In this document: piece after piece, positions 59,738 to 64,000 of the stretch
How the letters are laid out: every line of letters begins with the position of its first letter
Position numbering within the stretch: position 1 is the stretch's first letter
Source of the DNA: Fistulifera solaris
Taxonomy: Eukaryota
Assembly (NCBI GenBank): GCA_030295235.1
Contig: AP026148.1
Location: forward strand, 310,001 to 374,000
Direction of reading: 5' to 3'
DNA length: 64,000 nucleotides
Notes under the pieces: model-generated
What the model was told of the DNA's origin: nothing
The model's input: only the letters and a program-made list of their open reading frames with translations
The model's database searches: none
Translations under genes and position numbers: made by a program

Positions 59738-62700
59738 ATGGGAATCATTGAGCAATCAAACAACGATGAGAATGAAATTGATGGTAAGATAGCATGTATT
59801 CTCGAGGAGTCGTTCCGATGTCGGCTTCTCAAAATCTAACTTATGCCGTTTTCACTCGTGATGATGAAAAATTTAGCCGCTATCGAATATCAAGCCTCAT
59901 ATCAATGCACCTCTACTGATGAAGCAGACGGAGATATAGCAAGTCAAAGCATGTCGAAGCTGGATGAGGAGAAGGCGTCGGCTTATACACAGAATGAGGT
60001 CAACAAAATGGTAGCATCAGACTGCGAAGCCTCGTCGCTCGCTCAAGGCTTCGCGACCTCGAAACACGGGGATGGATCTGAAGATGATCTTGCTTTAGAG
60101 TATCAAAATTCATTGGGGGGAAAACCTTTAACATGCTCTCAAAAGTGGACTAAATTCGTCCTAAGAACACAAGTTCCACTGCATAGATTCCTTCACTTTG
60201 TGACCAGTCGGTCGGCGAGAAACCCGAGGAAAACTGTGGTGGGAATGACTTTATTGGCTTTGATTATCATGGGTATCGGCCTATCAACAAACTTCAAAAT
60301 TGATGTCGATGAAGACTCCCTCTGGACCCCACGTGGGTCTCATGCTGCGATAGATCAAAAATGGATCAAGGAGGAATCGGGCTTCAAGCCGGAGCCAAGA
60401 TGGTTTGTTCTGTTATTCCATTTCGAAGGACAGAATGTTTTAGGTCAAAGTCAAGTACAGCGCATGTTCGACGTTCTCGATGGTATTCGTGCCGTCGAAG
60501 GATATGATGAAATGTGCGAAGCGTCGGATTTTATCGATGTTAACGGTGTGCGAACGTGTGAAATCAATGGTCCACCGCAGATTTGGAACACATCGTCAGC
60601 GTTCTTCCAGAGTAACGTAACTTCGGATGAAGAAGCTATCGAGGGGCTCTCTGTGCGCTTCATGTCGGACTTGTTTCCAGTGGTTGAAGAACTTTTCTAC
60701 GGCTATCCGCAGCGCGATGAAAATGACTTGCTGACTAGCGTGACGTCGTATTCTATTTTCATTCACTTCCCACATGTTGATCTCGCAGAGGACGTTGAGG
60801 AGAAGGCGCTTGACGTTGTCCTGGACTTTCAACAAAAATGGAAAGACGATCCCGAATCCAATCTTTATGTGGAAGTAGCTGCGGAACGCTCTTTTCCAGA
60901 TGAGTTCACCAGAGCCATTATTGCCGACATTCCTCTTGGTAAGATTCAACTTTACATTTTAATCACCCACCATCGTAAAGGTTTTTTCGCTCACACTTTG
61001 CTCAATTTCGTGATTTCTTCAGTCCCTGTTGTCTTCTTTTTGATGAGCTCCTTCACATGTGTAGTCTTTTTCAAGAGACACAAAGTTCAGTCCAGAACCA
61101 TGCTTGGACTCTCCGCAGTAGTCGGTGTTCTTTTGAGTATGTGCTTTTCGTACGGAATGCTGTTCATCTTCGGGGTGCCTTTTACTTCCATTACCCAGAT
61201 GTTGCCCTTCATCATCTTCGGTATCGGAATGGACGACTCTTTCATTGTGATTGGGGCTTACACTCGGGCTGACCCGAGGAAATCTGCGGTGGAGCGGATT
61301 GAGGAGTCCATTGATCTGGTGGGCGTCAGCATTACGATGACGTCGCTTACTTCTGCTCTGGCATTTGCCATTGGATGCACCTCTACAGTTCCGGCGGTTT
61401 ATTGGGTGTGCCTGTATGCCTCTCCCGCCGTTGTCATGGTTTACTTCTATCAGCTCACGTTTTTCGTCGGCTGCATCGTCTTGGATCAGCAGAGAATTGA
61501 TCAGCAACGGCGTGACTGCTGTGTCTGGCAAACTGTACCTGCTTCGGAAAAAGAAGACCAAGAAAATGAGGAGGGATGCGAAGAAGCGACTCAAAATAGC
61601 TCTGAGGGTTCTTATGTGGATGAGTTTTTCATTGACCGCTTCATGCTGCCGTACGCCGAGTTTCTCTTGCGTCCGATGGTGAAAGTGATGGTACTGATCG
61701 CATTCGCGGCTTTTTCCGTGCTCTGCGCCTTAAGTGCCACGAAACTTCGCCAGGACTTCAAATTCAAAGATGTTCTACCGAGTGATTCCTACATTACTCC
61801 GTTCATACAAGGACGGCAGGATTATACTGCTCGCAGCCACTTACTCACTTATGTCTACTTTCGAGATGTGAACCAAAGTGACCCAGTTATTCAGGAGCAG
61901 ATGATTGAATACGTTGATGACCTTGTTGAGATGGAAGCCATCACAGGCCCTCCCGATTTGTTTTGGTTGCGGGAATTGGGACTCTATGTTGACAACTTCA
62001 CGCTACACGAATATTCCTTCGATGAGCAACTTGATTCTTTTCTCTCGGTGAAGATCATCAACAAAGTTTTCGGAAATGACGTTCTTCGGGATAGCGAAGA
62101 TAACATTATCGCATCTCGCTGCTTGATTGATATGGGAAATCTGGATGCAGACGACATTAAAGGCCAAATTGAAGCGCTGGAAGATCAAGAACGAATCACC
62201 AACGAGCAACCAGTTAACGAAGGAAAAGCGCGCAAAGCCTTCTTCACGTACTCGAGAGCCTACAATATCTGGGAGTTTTACGCTACATCCGTGAGTCAGC
62301 TCACCTCCTCGGCTGTTACGGGTGTCATCGCAGTGAGTCTCGTCACTGTTTTCATGATTCCCCATTACACTTCAGTGTTTGTCGTCTTCCCAGTCATGTG
62401 CGTCCTTTATATTGACATGCTTGGTGTGATGCAATGGGCCGGAGTGGCGATTAATCCTGTCTCGTACGTTGCTTTGTCGATGTCGATCGGACTCATTGTT
62501 GACTTCTTGATGCACGTCTTGTTGAGGTACTATGAGTCTGAGGGTAATCGCCGCGAAAAAGTGATTGAAACGTTAACATCGATGGGCTCTTCTATCATGC
62601 TCGGGGGTATCACCACGTTTTTGGGAACGGTCCCACTAGTGTTCAGCACCAGCGAAATCTTTTATATCATCTTCGTCGCCTTCATGGCGCTGGTGCTTCT

Positions 62701-62863
62701 CGGAGTAAGTCATGGTATCATTTTATTGCCGGTAATTCTCTCGCTGGTCGGAACCGAAGAGCGAGTGTCTACCAAGGCCACGAGGACGAAAGATCCTGCA
62801 GCTCTTGACAACAAAACACCTCATCCCGAACCTCTTTCGGATGCTGAAGGTCACGCACAATAG
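59738..62863 (+). CDS. Patched/NPC1-like sterol-sensing-domain RND membrane protein; introns 59784-59876 and 60939-61022
   Basis: Two lumenal domains and about 12 TM helices, with the TM4/TM10 motifs GIGMDD and GLIVDF, plus TSLTSALAF and HGIILLPVIL. A short first exon (MGIIEQ...) splices in frame. Confidence 0.9.
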
Positions 62864-63294
62864 TAAAAATTGTAAAAGAAATACTTTATCTTGAAACAAT
62901 CTTGAGACCACCCCAGAAAGTATTTCGCATTTCGCATTAAACCTGTTCGCCCAGAATTAGTTCTCGTTGCAGTCCTAAAGAGGAAGTATTATATCCCGTT
63001 TCCCATGGCTGGCAATGGATCTCTCGGGCCATGGGCTCTGTAATTTTCGGTGCGCTTCCAGGCATTGGGTAACAGCTAAAAATCAAGAATCATTTCTTCG
63101 TACAAGTAGCTCAAATCGTTTACGAGAAGGTCCCGAAATGAGACCCGTGTACCCGGGACTAACAATTGCTTCCATTACTTTGTTTTTCGTAGTAAATTCG
63201 ATTTTGTCGACGTGTGCTCGAGTGCATTAAGATGTCTTCTATTCTAAAGAACCAGGTACATAAGAAGCAAACTAATCTAACACTCTACATAGCA

Positions 63295-64000
63295 ATGACA
63301 GGACGGATTCAAATCGTTGTCTTTATGAGACACGGCATAGCTGTTCACAACCTACGAGATTCTAGAAAAGATCCTGCGCCCGATCATCGCGATGCTCGAT
63401 TTTGGGATCCTCCGCTGGTGTATCAGGGGGTGGTGCGGGCTGTGGAGGCGGGAATGAATGTTCAACGATGGATGCAGGCGCATACGAAGCGTCGTAGAAT
63501 CGAGCTTTTCGTAACGTCTCCGTTGACCAGATGCCTACAAACGACGACGCTCGCTTTCATCAGAGGCGACGATTACGAGCATCCGCCTCCTCCGATTGTC
63601 TGTGTCGAAGATGTCCGCGAAGCTTATGGTATTTATTATCCAGATAAAAGAAGAGAAAAGTCCAAATTAAAAGTAAGTGGGGTTAATGTAGCCGCTGTCC
63701 GCTTTCATCTGGTTGTTTTTACTGATGTCTCTTTCTTGGCTCGTTCCTCGCGTCAAGAGCGTGTGGCCACAAGTCGAGTTCTCCGAATGCATGACCGAAC
63801 ACGACGACGATTGGAAAGAAGATAGGCGTGAGAATTTCGCAGACGTAAATGCTCGCGTGGATCGTTTCCTGACGTGGTTAGTACGAAGGCACGAATCTCA
63901 GATTGTTGTCGTCACACACGGTGTATGGATGGAGTCTCTCTTTCGAGTTCACTGCAGTACAGCTTTGCGTGAAGATCAACGCGTTCATAATTGCGATGCG
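63295..64000 (+). CDS. Histidine phosphatase/phosphoglycerate-mutase family protein, 3'-truncated by the window; intron 63673-63757
   Basis: Motifs VFMRHG.AVHN, DPPL, TSPLTRCLQT, EDVRE, and after splicing IVVVTHG. Confidence 0.88.

Overview
Gene-dense eukaryotic nuclear DNA, not prokaryotic. It has short GT-AG introns (about 60-140 nt), bipartite ASAF-type plastid-targeting peptides and a plastid MEP/SUF gene set, which point to a diatom or related ochrophyte (inference). About 33 protein-coding genes are supported: SDE2, a synergin-gamma/aftiphilin-like protein, an ATG22/UMF1-type MFS transporter, eIF3L, IspG, a MORN protein, SufS, PDZ and SOUL proteins, ArgRS, an ACAD10/11-type kinase domain, PSMB2, RER1, eIF3B, a CRTISO-like enzyme, DECR2, an F-box/kinase, TFIIH p44, RPLP1, eIF2-alpha, TRM112, HEMK2/N6AMT1, ESF2, a Patched/NPC1-like protein, a histidine phosphatase and several hypotheticals. 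Many genes carry single-base frameshifts, mostly at homopolymers, which are most likely consensus errors. The best find is missed by the ORF track: a candidate selenoprotein on the minus strand (15333->14672). After one homopolymer correction it ends ...LPQLNT-UGA-G-UAA, and about 100 nt downstream lies a well-formed type II eukaryotic SECIS hairpin. The protein has a SelK/SelS-like tail and an N-terminal signal peptide with a plastid-type 'AF' cleavage motif. No rRNA, tRNA, CRISPR or recognisable transposon was found.
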